A DNA stretch of 64,000 nucleotides from Candidatus Poribacteria bacterium (GCA_965218095.1 OZ244587.1:64001-128000); one strand, 5' to 3'. Numbered from the stretch's first letter, positions 48,617 to 59,202 are shown. A program made the numbers and translations. Notes: generated by a model not told the origin, from the sequence alone.

Positions 48617-49743
48617 GATAATTCCCTAAGAAGGCCATAAACCGCCTCCAACTGACGGATTGATCTATCATTATCAAACATCTGTTGAATCTTCAGCCGT
48701 GCATTCCGGCCCAGATGCGCAGCGAGCTTTCGATCGGTTAAGAGGCGATGGATTGCCTTCCCCAATGCCTGTGGATGGGCAGGCGGAACAAGTAATCCGC
48801 TCTCCCCATCATCAATGAGATCCAGCACACCACCGACAGCCGAGGCAATGCACGGCAGCCCGACCCCCATCGCTTCGATAAGCGCGTTTGAAGAGCTTTC
48901 ATGCAGCGACGGAAGGATGAAGAGGTGTGCATTGGATAGAATTGGGAAGATATCGCGGCGGAAGCCGGGTAATTCCACCCGATCCGAAAGGTGATAACGA
49001 TGAGCGAGGCGATGTAATTCATTCTTTTCTCCATCTCCGAGGATTGTGGCCATGAAATCTGACTGATTGAACTTCGTCTTGAGTAGGTTCAACGCTTGCA
49101 CCAAGTATCCGTGTCCTTTTTCAGGCGCTAATCTGCCGACGCTCACGATGCGCCAGGTTGATGAATCGTGATAAGCGGATTGAGAGGGTAAGTCCGGCAG
49201 ATTGACAATATTCCGAATGGCTGAAATACGTTTATCGGGATAACGGTATCGAAGGTTATCTCGGATGCGATCGGAATTTGTTAAGATCACATCAGCCTGG
49301 TGGTAGATGAACCTCTCCGTCAGCCACAGCCGCAATCGCCCGTACCTAGCGTGGTAGTCACCGCGCTGTGAAACAATAAGTGGTAAGGGCGCGGATAGAG
49401 AAAATTGTCGTACAAGTCCACAAAGAAAATTGGAATACCAAAGCCAACTGTGAATAATCGCCGGCTGCACCGCTTTCACAGTTCTGGCTAACTTGAAGGC
49501 TTTCTGTATCAAAGGCGGTATGGAAGATCGCCTTTCAGCATGCAGGACGGTGATTTCCTGGACAATCGGAAGTGCTGCGAGCTGATCATAATGCTCGCCG
49601 GCCCCGCGGCTTAACACGACAAAGGCTTCAAATTTATCCGGCTGCAATCGCGTTAAGGTCCTGTGCAACTGCGTCTCAGCACCGCCGTTTGCCATGGAAT
49701 CAATGACGTAGAGAATTCGAGTCCGGTTCAACGATAACACCAA
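48613..49743 (-). CDS. glycosyltransferase family 4
   Basis: GGAE, VGRLAPEKG, PSLHESSSNALIEAM, VGG. Confidence 0.92.
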   Translation of the reverse strand: MVLSLNRTRILYVIDSMANGGAETQLHRTLTRLQPDKFEAFVVLSRGAGEHYDQLAALPIVQEITVLHAERRSSIPPLIQKAFKLARTVKAVQPAIIHSWLWYSNFLCGLVRQFSLSAPLPLIVSQRGDYHARYGRLRLWLTERFIYHQADVILTNSDRIRDNLRYRYPDKRISAIRNIVNLPDLPSQSAYHDSSTWRIVSVGRLAPEKGHGYLVQALNLLKTKFNQSDFMATILGDGEKNELHRLAHRYHLSDRVELPGFRRDIFPILSNAHLFILPSLHESSSNALIEAMGVGLPCIASAVGGVLDLIDDGESGLLVPPAHPQALGKAIHRLLTDRKLAAHLGRNARLKIQQMFDNDRSIRQLEAVYGLLRELS

Positions 49744-49849
49744 CCCCTCAAGAAAATTGGTGAGATGGGGAATACGCTTGCAGCGCCTGACGAAGTAACG
49801 AAGCGGGTTGATGTGTTCTTCCTACAGGCCCTACCAAAGCTGACACAGC

Positions 49850-50671
49850 TTTAGCTGCATTCTCTCTCCGCTACCGAAATGATTACCTTCATGTAGTATT
49901 CGTAGTTCTCCCACATATCTTCTTGGGTGAATACCCATTCGTGGGAGGGGCGTCTTTGGCTAGTTCCATATCAAAGCTGGTGACTCTCGCGTCGTCTCTG
50001 CCGGGCGTTGTGGTGGAGGCGCGCCACACGCTGTTGGGCATCCAATGATAGTCAAAAATCTCGATGCCTGCCTTGCCGATATTGCAGATGGTGGTTGCCA
50101 TGTTCTCAACCTGTTCATCCCGTCCGGGTAAGCCGAGCATAATCTTGTCGTACTGAGATTTTCGCAACCTAGTGTGACGTTAGAACCGATAAGCGATTGC
50201 GCCACAGGCACGATGAAAATGCCTGAGACTCAGCTACCAAGCGGGTTGTCGACAACCGGCACGGCACCTGCGCACTCATCGGTAGAACCGCCGAACAGGG
50301 GCGGATACTTTCTCTCAATTGTCTGCCCCTATCTGCCCGCAGAAATCCACGCTATATCGACCGGCTCAAGGAGGATTTTCACGCGCCTCAAACGTCGATG
50401 CCAGTTATCATCTAGGCGCGTTCACCAAATAGAAAATCTCAGTCGTAAAATTTGACCGGGACATTTTCAAGGGCAACCAGCCTCAGTCCGGTGTCCTCGA
50501 CCTGTGTCCGCAGGCGCAGAATGTCCATGAATTCCCAGCGTTCTTCGCCGGGCAGCATCGGGGTGTTGAGAAGTAGATCTCCTACCCCAAGTTGTTTGAT
50601 GAACTTCAATCGTTCCTCACTCAACTGATTGAATGACCTAAACCAAGCCGAAGCCGCATTCGACGTTCCAT
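49850..50671 (-). pseudogene. uxuA: mannonate dehydratase pseudogene (frameshifted, MITE-interrupted, truncated)
   Basis: GLRLVALENVP.KFYD|KIMLGLPGRDEQVE...NIGKAGI...YHWMP; MWENYEYYMK in a shifted frame; HPDDPP region missing. Confidence 0.8.
50153..50442. mobile_element. 290-bp MITE with 5-bp target duplication
   Basis: Perfect TIRs CTGAGATTTTC / GAAAATCTCAG; TCGTA duplicated; excision restores K-F-Y-D-K-I. Confidence 0.9.
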
Positions 50672-50734
50672 GAAATTTATCTCCTTAAATCGAGTAAATG
50701 AAGACATGAGTTTATTCACGCATCACGTTTCACA

Positions 50735-51187
50735 TCAAAACAGCTTGCTGCTGTCGAGCATCATCGTAACAGGGCCATCATTAACCAACCCGACATCCAT
50801 CATCGCTTGAAAAACCCCTGCCTTGACAGGGACTCCGATCTGTGTAATGGCATCCATAAACTCCTGGTAAAGCGCGTCCGCTTTTTCAGGACGGGCAGCA
50901 GTGATGAAACTCGGTCGCCTCCCTTTGCGGCAATCGCCGTAGAGCGTGAATTGAGAAACGACAAGGGCTTCACCGCCAACATCTAAGAGGGATCGATTCA
51001 TCCGACCCTCGTCGTCCTCGAAGATTCGGAGGTTGGCGATTTTGTTTGCCAAATAATCGACATCGGCGGAGGTATCCTCTTGAGCAACACCGAGGAAGAT
51101 GAGCAATCCCCCGCGAATCTCAGAAACGAGTTTCCTCTCTACTGTTACGCTTGCGGATTTAACACGTTGGACAACAGCTCTCATCAT
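50735..51187 (-). CDS. dtd: D-aminoacyl-tRNA deacylase
   Basis: RAVVQRV, LRIFED..G.MN, SQFTL, NDGPVT. Confidence 0.97.
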   Translation of the reverse strand: MMRAVVQRVKSASVTVERKLVSEIRGGLLIFLGVAQEDTSADVDYLANKIANLRIFEDDEGRMNRSLLDVGGEALVVSQFTLYGDCRKGRRPSFITAARPEKADALYQEFMDAITQIGVPVKAGVFQAMMDVGLVNDGPVTMMLDSSKLF

Positions 51188-51208
51188 CTTGGCTGGCATA
51201 TCAAACAG

Positions 51209-51418
51209 TTACTGCCATGCCCTCCATTGTGTAAGAATACCTTCTAATTCACTCATATATGACTGAGTTGTATCAAGAGAAAAGTTATTAAGGTTATTAT
51301 CAATTCCTATCCATCTACATTCTAACTGCGAAGCAATGGCTAAGGTTGTGCCAGACCCTGAAAAGCAATCAAGCACAAGGTCACCAAGGTTTGAAAAGCT
51401 AATTATTCGACGATACTC
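51209..51418 (-). pseudogene. fragment of an N4/N6 DNA methyltransferase (beta-class C-terminus)
   Basis: RRII..SNLGDLVLDCFSGSGTTL..A..L...WIGID (SAM-binding motif I); no start, no DPPY motif. Confidence 0.75.
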
Positions 51419-51463
51419 TCATCTGGTGCAAGTGGGGCAACATACGCAACCTCCCCACCTTTA

Positions 51464-52462
51464 CTAAAACAGCAAATCATCCCCACCTTCCGGCGCCTGT
51501 GGGGTAACTCCCTCCTTTTCACCGCCAACTGTGAGATAGAATTGAAAGCCGGGTTCGCTGACGTAGCCGACATGAAAAGATGCCGTTTCAGACAGTTTGT
51601 ATCGAAATCCGAGACTGAGCAAGTCATTGATTGTGACGCCGCTGATGGGAAGTTTCCGTGAGAAATCACCGACTATCCAGAAATTATCAGAGAACGCAAC
51701 TTCACCACCAAGCTGCCAAGTCAACAGGAATGAATCCGTCGTCTTGAGGAATTTGGAGGAGAGGTAGCTTCCTATCCCCGCATGAGCTTTGATAAACTGA
51801 CCAAACCTTTGTGTCCCTACCAGATAGGTGTTGATACCGACAAACGGAAAACTGTCTGCCGGCGAACGATCAAGGAATTCCCGGTCAGAATTGAGTTTAT
51901 CGTCGGCGGTAAACCCAATCTGTACATCGCCGCCAATCGATACGCTGGGTAAGCCATCCTGTAGATCCGGCTTGATGTTGTACTTCAGTCCAACAACGAC
52001 GTCAAATATGGACTGATCATAAACCCGCCGATCTCGCGTCGGATCAAGCGGGCGTTCTTCGTTCCCCAGTTCGCCAAGCCGGTAAAAATCAGGAATGATT
52101 TTGCGGGCGCCTCCGGTCGAGAAGGTTGCCCCTAAGATTAAATCCAACCGCTCATCAATGCCGTAAGTCAATCGAACAGGCGCCAGGAAGATTTCGACCT
52201 CAAATTCAACATTATGTAATCCTTCAAAATTTCCAATAACAACACTTTGCGGCTGCCTAGGCGAACTATCCAATTTTTTTTTCTTGAATTGAAACATCCC
52301 AAGAGATGTTATGTATCCACCTTTACCTAAAGTTTCAGCGGTTTGCATTACACCGAGTTGAGGCGCCGGTGGGCCTTGCCCAAGGGCAGAAGTTCCAACT
52401 ATCGTTAAACAAGCAATAAAAATGAAAAAAGTTCGTTGTTGCATTGATTGAAAAAAGCGCAT
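51464..52462 (-). CDS. hypothetical secreted, probable outer-membrane beta-barrel protein
   Basis: Signal peptide; alternating beta-strand pattern (LGFRY, FHVGY, FYLTVG). Confidence 0.6.
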   Translation of the reverse strand: MRFFQSMQQRTFFIFIACLTIVGTSALGQGPPAPQLGVMQTAETLGKGGYITSLGMFQFKKKKLDSSPRQPQSVVIGNFEGLHNVEFEVEIFLAPVRLTYGIDERLDLILGATFSTGGARKIIPDFYRLGELGNEERPLDPTRDRRVYDQSIFDVVVGLKYNIKPDLQDGLPSVSIGGDVQIGFTADDKLNSDREFLDRSPADSFPFVGINTYLVGTQRFGQFIKAHAGIGSYLSSKFLKTTDSFLLTWQLGGEVAFSDNFWIVGDFSRKLPISGVTINDLLSLGFRYKLSETASFHVGYVSEPGFQFYLTVGGEKEGVTPQAPEGGDDLLF

Positions 52463-52685
52463 GCATTTATCCTCACGAAAACAATTATCCGTCATCCGCA
52501 AGATGTAAATCAGATAGATTCTGGCTTGGGATTACACCTGAGGAGGAAGAAAGGGAAGAACTTCCTTCCTCTCCTTCCATTCCTTCCATCTATCCTTTCT
52601 TCCCGCTTGATACACATGGGACAAGAAGTCAAGTCTAAAGCAGAATACAGACTTTGCGGACGACGGAGTATTAGGATCACCATTA

Positions 52686-53819
52686 TCACGGAAGTGCTTC
52701 GACCATCTCGCTATCGTCTCGGCGACGGCCAGGTCTGGCCGTGTTATCAAACGCCGTTATAAAGTATCGGCGTACAGTAAGCCTCTGTCCATCCAGGAGA
52801 AAATCTTCGCCGGTGATTGTTACGCTGGTATCTTTCGCATCGACTTTCCTTCGGGGGACGAGGTTTTTCCCGAAAACAAGATTTCCACCAACCTGTTTTG
52901 TTGCGTAAATCTGATATCCGTCAAGGTCCGGTTCTTTATTCCTTGACCAGGAGATCCTTACGTCATATTTATTGGCTAACCGACGACCGAAACTTACTCG
53001 GGCGTTCTGCGGGGGCGCAGGCGGCAGATTCGGTGAAACTGCATTAATGGTAGTAACTCCTTCAACGCCAAACCGGTCTACAGCAACAACACGGTAGATT
53101 TTGGGAGTTTCATCCCGCTCAAATTTCTGATCGAAGAAAAATGTTCTATCCCTCGGCAGTTCGGCAAGCAGGCGAAATGGCAAAAATTCACCGCTCAAAC
53201 TTGATTCAGCAGCGAACACGCGAAAAACCTGGAAATCTTCGGGGGGTTGATAATCCTGCCAGAGCAGTTTAACTGTCAGATTTTCCAATTCGTCGCCAAG
53301 GATGACGTTCGGGGCAGGCGGCGGGATGCTTGGGGTTACACTGACTGTGGGCCAAATTCGCTGCGGTTGTTCGTTGGCGTCTGGCGGCGCGTCCGGATCG
53401 GGAGCTTCGACGCCCTTTTCATCAACGTATGAGATGCGATAGATGTAAATATGGTGTCTTCCGGTCACTGCATCAAACTGATCATTTTTGATGTTCTGTG
53501 TATCAATAAACTCCGTTGGGGGACGTGCGCCGGCCTTCCCAACGACCTCCCCGATACGTTCAAACGTGGAATTTAGGTCGCCGGTAAACCGCCGATAGAT
53601 TCGGTACTTGACAATGCCTTCATGACCAAGGTCTTGCCACGAGACCTTTACCTGCTTATCACCGGGGAGGGCATCTAAGCCGATTGGAGATCCGGCAGTG
53701 CGCAAGTTTTTGGGGTCGAGCGGATTGGCGAAATCCTCATTATCCGTGCAACCGGTGTAAAGTCCCGCTGCAAGGAGGAGTATAAAAATGACGGATAATT
53801 GAAACTGAAATCGTGTCAT
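52686..53819 (-). CDS. lipoprotein with fibronectin type III-like domains
   Basis: YTGC lipobox, NPLDP, V.VSW, YRIYRR, W..N.EPDL.GY.IY. Confidence 0.7.
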   Translation of the reverse strand: MTRFQFQLSVIFILLLAAGLYTGCTDNEDFANPLDPKNLRTAGSPIGLDALPGDKQVKVSWQDLGHEGIVKYRIYRRFTGDLNSTFERIGEVVGKAGARPPTEFIDTQNIKNDQFDAVTGRHHIYIYRISYVDEKGVEAPDPDAPPDANEQPQRIWPTVSVTPSIPPPAPNVILGDELENLTVKLLWQDYQPPEDFQVFRVFAAESSLSGEFLPFRLLAELPRDRTFFFDQKFERDETPKIYRVVAVDRFGVEGVTTINAVSPNLPPAPPQNARVSFGRRLANKYDVRISWSRNKEPDLDGYQIYATKQVGGNLVFGKNLVPRRKVDAKDTSVTITGEDFLLDGQRLTVRRYFITAFDNTARPGRRRDDSEMVEALP

Positions 53820-53823
53820 GCCT

Positions 53824-54267
53824 TCAGAATCGCCTTTGGAATAGGAGCGCCGTTCCGTGTGTTTGTGGATTGTAACTTGACTTGAGGTGCAGCATAGCTG
53901 ACCGGGAAGAAGATGATTTGGAAATGAAATCTAGTTCGTCGAAGATCGAGATTAATATCGCTAGCCCAACAAATCCAATCCCCGTTCGGGACATCGCGAC
54001 GCCTAGATTATGCTTGCCCGTGTAGTCATCTCGATGCTTCGCAATGTCAGCCTGGATCGCGGTCGTCAGGTATTGATCGTAGGCGTCCTGTGCTGAATTT
54101 TCGACAAAGACACTTCCAAATTTCAAGCCTATACCGGACGCAAACAGAGCGATTGTTAATATACGGGAGCGATCCGCGGCTCCCACAGGAGAAATCGCTG
54201 CCATTAAGATTAAAACGCAGCAAATCGCGATTAGCATTGCAATTTTCTTATTCCGATATGAATTCAT
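53824..54267 (-). CDS. hypothetical membrane protein
   Basis: Signal plus two TM segments, AYDQY motif; same strand and close to neighbours. Confidence 0.6.
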   Translation of the reverse strand: MNSYRNKKIAMLIAICCVLILMAAISPVGAADRSRILTIALFASGIGLKFGSVFVENSAQDAYDQYLTTAIQADIAKHRDDYTGKHNLGVAMSRTGIGFVGLAILISIFDELDFISKSSSSRSAMLHLKSSYNPQTHGTALLFQRRF

Positions 54268-54277
54268 TAGAGGTCTT

Positions 54278-54646
54278 CTATTCAGGAGCACGAAGCTTTT
54301 CTTTTGAGAGGCGATACCAAACGTACATTGCAAGCACGCTGAGTATACAGCCAAGACAGTCGGCAATCCAATCTGTGACGCTCGAATCCCTCCCCACTAT
54401 GAAGGATTGATGCCACTCATCGCTGGCGGCATAAAGGGAACTGAGTAGAAATGCAGCCATCCAGGGGGAGAAGCGAAAGATTTTACGTGAAGTATTGAGG
54501 AACGCACGTACAACTAAGAAACCGAGTACAGTGTATTCTAGCAGGTGGTACACTTTGTCGATGAGCGTCCAATCTAATTCGGATAAAGGCGGCTTGGATA
54601 GGGAGGAAACGAAAAAAATCACCGCTATATATAACAGTGGTGGCAA
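54278..54646 (-). CDS. VanZ family protein
   Basis: DKVYHLLEY..LG, YAASDEWHQSF..GR.SS..DW.AD; start codon uncertain. Confidence 0.85.
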   Translation of the reverse strand: MPPLLYIAVIFFVSSLSKPPLSELDWTLIDKVYHLLEYTVLGFLVVRAFLNTSRKIFRFSPWMAAFLLSSLYAASDEWHQSFIVGRDSSVTDWIADCLGCILSVLAMYVWYRLSKEKLRAPE

Positions 54647-54872
54647 CCAGTATTTCAGGAAATACAGGATTTAATCTCCCTCAAGCAATTATTAGATCTC
54701 GCGCCCGGCGCATTTCTAAAGGTTGATTATACCTGATCGAATTTTTCGTTGCAAGTTTTTTTGGAGAAATCAGTGTCCCCCATTCGGCGGCGAACTATGC
54801 GCCGAAAGTTACAGAAATGACCTGGGCAAGATGATATTATCAAAATCTAAAAGCGCAGGAGGAGACTTGACG

Positions 54873-55529
54873 ATGCCTTTTCACTGTTTACTGTCGTTGT
54901 ATGTTTTTGCCATTGGATTGTTGGTGATTGGGTGTGGCGATAACCCAATTGTAGACACGCAGAAAGACCCTGTCGAAGACCCTTCATCCGGTGAAGGTGG
55001 AGTGACAATCACAGGGCAGGTGTTGCCTCCGGAAGTAAGCCCACAGGTTATTATGATACGGAATGGGATAGACTTCACAAACGCAATTGTAGACGAAGAA
55101 GGTCGGTATACTATCTCCAATCTCCCCGCCGGAGATTATAGCTTACAGGTGATCGCCACCGGCTTCTTCACCGATATTTCGATTAACAACCTTGAGTTGA
55201 AAGCAGGAGAAATTCATGGGGCAGATTTGGTGATTTTGCGTGAGCGGTCAGAAGCCGCAATCTTACTGGGACAAGTGGTCAATCAATCAAACAATCAACC
55301 CTTGCCAGACGCAGAGGTGCAGATTGAGTGTTCAACGGGTGTCTGTGCACCGTTGAGCGCAGTATCCGACCAGAAAGGCAGATTTTCAATTGATATTTGG
55401 TCCGGTTTAGGCTCAAACATCAACGTGTGGAAACCTGGCTACTGCACGAAACCCATCCACATAGAAGCGTTGAATCCAGGACAGAAATTCAATCTGAACC
55501 AGATTCAGTTGGCGCCTGTCGCACGATGA
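54873..55529 (+). CDS. lipoprotein with carboxypeptidase-regulatory-like domains
   Basis: VIGC lipobox; ITGQV, GRYTISNLPAGDYSL, GQVVN...PLPDAEV. Confidence 0.75.
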   Translation: MPFHCLLSLYVFAIGLLVIGCGDNPIVDTQKDPVEDPSSGEGGVTITGQVLPPEVSPQVIMIRNGIDFTNAIVDEEGRYTISNLPAGDYSLQVIATGFFTDISINNLELKAGEIHGADLVILRERSEAAILLGQVVNQSNNQPLPDAEVQIECSTGVCAPLSAVSDQKGRFSIDIWSGLGSNINVWKPGYCTKPIHIEALNPGQKFNLNQIQLAPVAR

Positions 55530-55810
55530 AAACAGTAATCCTTACGATTCCGATGATAATCACGCTTGGAATTTTGAGCTTGGGTTGCGCTCAAAGTCCA
55601 GCCGATGAATTTCTGCCTGAAGATGTTGCGCACAGCATCCCGCTCAATCAGATCTGCAATGGTGGACCGGACAAGGACGGATTGCGTGACGGAGCGCATT
55701 AGCCGGTTACGGGATCCAATTTGGAAAGAGGTCTATTGATACACTCGACGAAGGTATCGACTATCAAAGAAGAAACCACCGATGGCAGCGTACTGGATAG
55801 CCCTCAACGT
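55526..55810 (+). pseudogene. DUF3179-like protein remnant
   Basis: Lipoprotein signal, then SIPLNQICNGGPDKDG (DUF3179 N-terminal GGP.KDG motif), early stop, and a downstream AYWIA fragment. Confidence 0.55.
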
Positions 55811-55985
55811 CAGATTTGTCTTGGCCCATCTCCTATCCGAAAAAATTTCCAATTACCGCAAAGCGTCTACCTACCCTAACCTTTCCGCTGTCTCCCTCCC
55901 CGAAAATCAAGACTTGCCAATGCCGCTAATCTATGATAGAATCTTTCCATATCAAAATTCTTTTCTCTTTCCAACCGGGGTGTTA

Positions 55986-56593
55986 ATGGATCACGACCAA
56001 CTGATTAAAACAATCTTGGCGGCATTTTTTGTTGAATTTCTGGAACTCTTCTATCCAGAGTTGGCCCAGGAAATCAAAGTCGACAGCACACAATTTTTCG
56101 ATAAAGAGACCTTCACGGATCTTCCGTTAGGAGAGCAGGAGATTCCCGACGTGCTGGCAAAAGTTGAAACCGTCTCAGGCAAATCACCAGAAATCTTTGT
56201 CCACATAGAAGGCAAATCGGGGTATCTGACGAATTTTCCGGAGCGGATGTTCAATTACTACACCGCCTTGCGATTGCGCTATCATCTCCCAATCTTCCCA
56301 AGGGAATTTGATGCTTTGGTGCAAGCCGGTCCATTTCATTTACAGAGGAGGTGAAAAACGTCATACTTACGTATGAAGGAAAGATGATTCAGCAAGGAAT
56401 CCAACAGACGAAGCAGCAGACACTACTTGATCAGTTACAGACGAAATTCGGCCAATTGCCATCTGAAATTTCTCAATGTGTGCTTGCCATCGATCAGATA
56501 GAAGAGTTGGATCAGTTGCTCCGAAAAATCCTCACCGCTAGTTCGCTGGACGAAATGGAGTTGAATGATCACCGTGACACTAGCGAAGCCTAA
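55986..56593 (+). pseudogene. Rpn/YhgA-like putative transposase, split or internally deleted, DUF4351-like tail
   Basis: DHDQLIK..L..FF.EFLELFYP, HIE, FPERMFNY, PIFP; separate tail GIQQ...L..KFG.LP. Confidence 0.7.
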
Positions 56594-56633
56594 ACCGCGT
56601 TTTATGTATCACGCATCGTGAGGAACAAAATCA

Positions 56634-57596
56634 ATGCAGCGTATTCTATTAGACACCGATACTGGCGTGGACGACGCCCTCGCAATCATCTTCGCGCTGA
56701 ATTCACCAGAACTGAGGGTGGAGGCGATCACGACTGTCAGCGGCAATGTTCATGTTGACCTCTGCACGCGTAATGTGCTGATGACGCTGGAGGCAATGGA
56801 TTTGCGTGAATATCCTGTCATTGCTAAAGGAGAGCCGCAGCCGTTGATTAAGCCGCTTGTGACGGCGGTGCATGTGCACGGTTCCGACGGTTTAGGAGAT
56901 GTAGCGAAGCTGTTGACAGCTAATGGCTCGCGACGTTATCCAGAGCCCGAACCGAGATTGGGGGCAATTTCGGCAGTCGATCTCATCATTGAGCTCGCGG
57001 GGCAGTATCCAGATGAACTGATCCTCGCCCCCGTTGGGCCGCTCACAAATATCGCCAAAGCGATGATCAAGCATCCGGCGCGGATGCGGAGGATTAAAGA
57101 AATCGTGTTGATGGGAGGCGTTTTCGAGACCTACGGGAACGTTACGACGACTGCTGAGTTCAACATCTTCGTAGATCCGCACGCGGCGCAACTGGCCCTC
57201 GATTTTGGCGTGCCAATCACGATGGCGCCGCTGGATGTGACGCATCAGGTCATTCTGACGGGGGAGCGCCTGAATGCTGAAATCGGTAAACGGAACGATA
57301 GGTTATCACAGTTTCTGCGCGATGCCACGCAAGCGAGTATGGCATATCATCAGCAGCACGAAGGGTTTTACGGCACTTATATTCACGACGCACTTCCCAT
57401 CGGTCTGCTGACTCACCCGGATCTGTTTGAAACCGTCGATGCTTTCGTTCAGGTAGAAACAGCGGGCGATCTGACGCAGGGCATGACGATTGCCGATCTG
57501 CGTCCGGAGCGTCCGCGCCCAAAACCGAATACCCGCGTCTGCGTGAAAGTATACTCGGAAGATTTCCTGGAACATTTCTTTGAGCGCATCCTGTGA
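56634..57596 (+). CDS. inosine/uridine-preferring nucleoside hydrolase
   Basis: DTDTGVDDA, HGSDGLG, GPLTNIA, AEFNIFVDP, HDA. Confidence 0.95.
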   Translation: MQRILLDTDTGVDDALAIIFALNSPELRVEAITTVSGNVHVDLCTRNVLMTLEAMDLREYPVIAKGEPQPLIKPLVTAVHVHGSDGLGDVAKLLTANGSRRYPEPEPRLGAISAVDLIIELAGQYPDELILAPVGPLTNIAKAMIKHPARMRRIKEIVLMGGVFETYGNVTTTAEFNIFVDPHAAQLALDFGVPITMAPLDVTHQVILTGERLNAEIGKRNDRLSQFLRDATQASMAYHQQHEGFYGTYIHDALPIGLLTHPDLFETVDAFVQVETAGDLTQGMTIADLRPERPRPKPNTRVCVKVYSEDFLEHFFERIL

Positions 57597-57632
57597 TTCA
57601 ATTGCGGATTTTTCGATCTTGATTTCAAGACG

Positions 57633-58622
57633 ATGATGACTCTACAACAGCACCACGAACAAGGTTTAATACACAAGAAAGCGAAACGTCTTGATGAACC
57701 GATTCATTCTTTTGAACAGTGCCTCACATTGCACCCATCAGATGGATTTGCACTGGCAAATCTTGCGCATATCTACCTGATGCAAAATCGCCTCAAATTG
57801 GCGCATGAGTTTGTCCAGAAAGCATTGAAGGCGAACCCCCAAAATCGCTTTGCCATCGGGCTGCGTGGACGTATCCTGTGGCAAATGGGAGATTTGGCGG
57901 GCGCCGCGGAGGCTTATGAAGAAGAGATCGCTTGTAACCCGCAGCGGAGCTATTCCTACCTTCAACTCGGCATGCTCCATCGCAAACTCAGGCGATTCCA
58001 GGACACCCTAAAAGTCCTCCAGCAGGGAATCGAACTTGACCCGAAACTGGGAAAATTGTACCATGCGATGGGAGATGTCTATGTCGCACTCAAGCAGACA
58101 GAGCAGGCAACGGCGGCTTACCAACGGGTTTTGGAACTCGATTCGGACGACGAATATGCTTTTACACGCTGGATTGATCTACAGGTGCGAAATCAGTACC
58201 CACAACAAGCCATCGATCAACTGAGACAACTTCTCAAGATCCCATCGCGGAATCGAAATCCTCACCTTCACGCACAACTTGGCCTTCAACTGAAAAGACA
58301 GGGCAAGTATAAAGAAGCGACTGAGGAGCTTGAAATCGTGGTCCAGTTAAAACCAAATTCCACCTACTTTCGCACGCAACTTGCGTTCTGCTATTCCAAG
58401 CAGAACGCATACCATCAAGCACTGCCAATCTTAGAAGGCGTTTTTGACCACCGACCGGGTGATACACAAATTATCGGCGCTATGGCGAAGGCATATTTTC
58501 ACCTTGGGAAACGTGATCAGGCGAAACACCTCTTAGCCCGAGGCATGAAAAAAACGCCTCATGATCGCTACCTGCAAAGCGTATGGGCACACATCAAACA
58601 ACAAAAATCCAGGGTTGACTGA
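57633..58622 (+). CDS. TPR repeat protein
   Basis: About 8 TPR motifs; no signal peptide. Confidence 0.85.
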   Translation: MMTLQQHHEQGLIHKKAKRLDEPIHSFEQCLTLHPSDGFALANLAHIYLMQNRLKLAHEFVQKALKANPQNRFAIGLRGRILWQMGDLAGAAEAYEEEIACNPQRSYSYLQLGMLHRKLRRFQDTLKVLQQGIELDPKLGKLYHAMGDVYVALKQTEQATAAYQRVLELDSDDEYAFTRWIDLQVRNQYPQQAIDQLRQLLKIPSRNRNPHLHAQLGLQLKRQGKYKEATEELEIVVQLKPNSTYFRTQLAFCYSKQNAYHQALPILEGVFDHRPGDTQIIGAMAKAYFHLGKRDQAKHLLARGMKKTPHDRYLQSVWAHIKQQKSRVD

Positions 58623-59123
58623 ATGGCTCCACTAACATTCCAACTGCATGAAAATCAACAGAAAGCCTACCAGGCATTAGCTACTCGCATTGATTATGGG
58701 TGCGAGCACGGGACGATCTGCCTTGTCGGGGATTTTCAGTCGGGCAAAACAAGCATCGTCAAACACCTGCTCGTCGAAAGGTTTGACAAGCCAGCAGATT
58801 GTTATGTGAATCTGAACCTATACCTGCTCGACGAATTGGATAAGCAGAGCGCCTCGATCGCGTATGCCGGTGCGAAAGCAAAAACACACCTCTTGATGCA
58901 AATTTCTGTTGAAGATTTGCTAGAAAGACATTTCCACGCCCGCGATCTCCTTGTCCTTGATGCGATTGAAGTGACATATCCCTACGAGCTCAACCTCGTT
59001 TCGATTACCAATCGTTTCGCTCGCGATGGCAAGCACTGCATTATCTGTGTCCCTGAAAGCAAACAGCGTGATTACCGCTTCGATTTTAGCTGGGGGCTCG
59101 CAGAAGTGATTCGCGTTGCCTGA
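58623..59123 (+). CDS. small P-loop NTPase, BrxF-like
   Basis: LVGDFQSGKT Walker A, YVNLNL.L..EL, LLVLDAIEV Walker B; 166 aa. Confidence 0.55.
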   Translation: MAPLTFQLHENQQKAYQALATRIDYGCEHGTICLVGDFQSGKTSIVKHLLVERFDKPADCYVNLNLYLLDELDKQSASIAYAGAKAKTHLLMQISVEDLLERHFHARDLLVLDAIEVTYPYELNLVSITNRFARDGKHCIICVPESKQRDYRFDFSWGLAEVIRVA

Positions 59124-59173
59124 GAAGTGGGTAATCTCTGTTTATGAGCTTACTGTTGGGATTGGATTTGTTG

Positions 59174-59202
59174 TTGACTGAAATTTCATAATATGGTATA
59201 GT
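59174..59202 (+). promoter_or_regulatory. sigma70 promoter
   Basis: TTGACT-17-TATAGT with extended TG. Confidence 0.6.
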
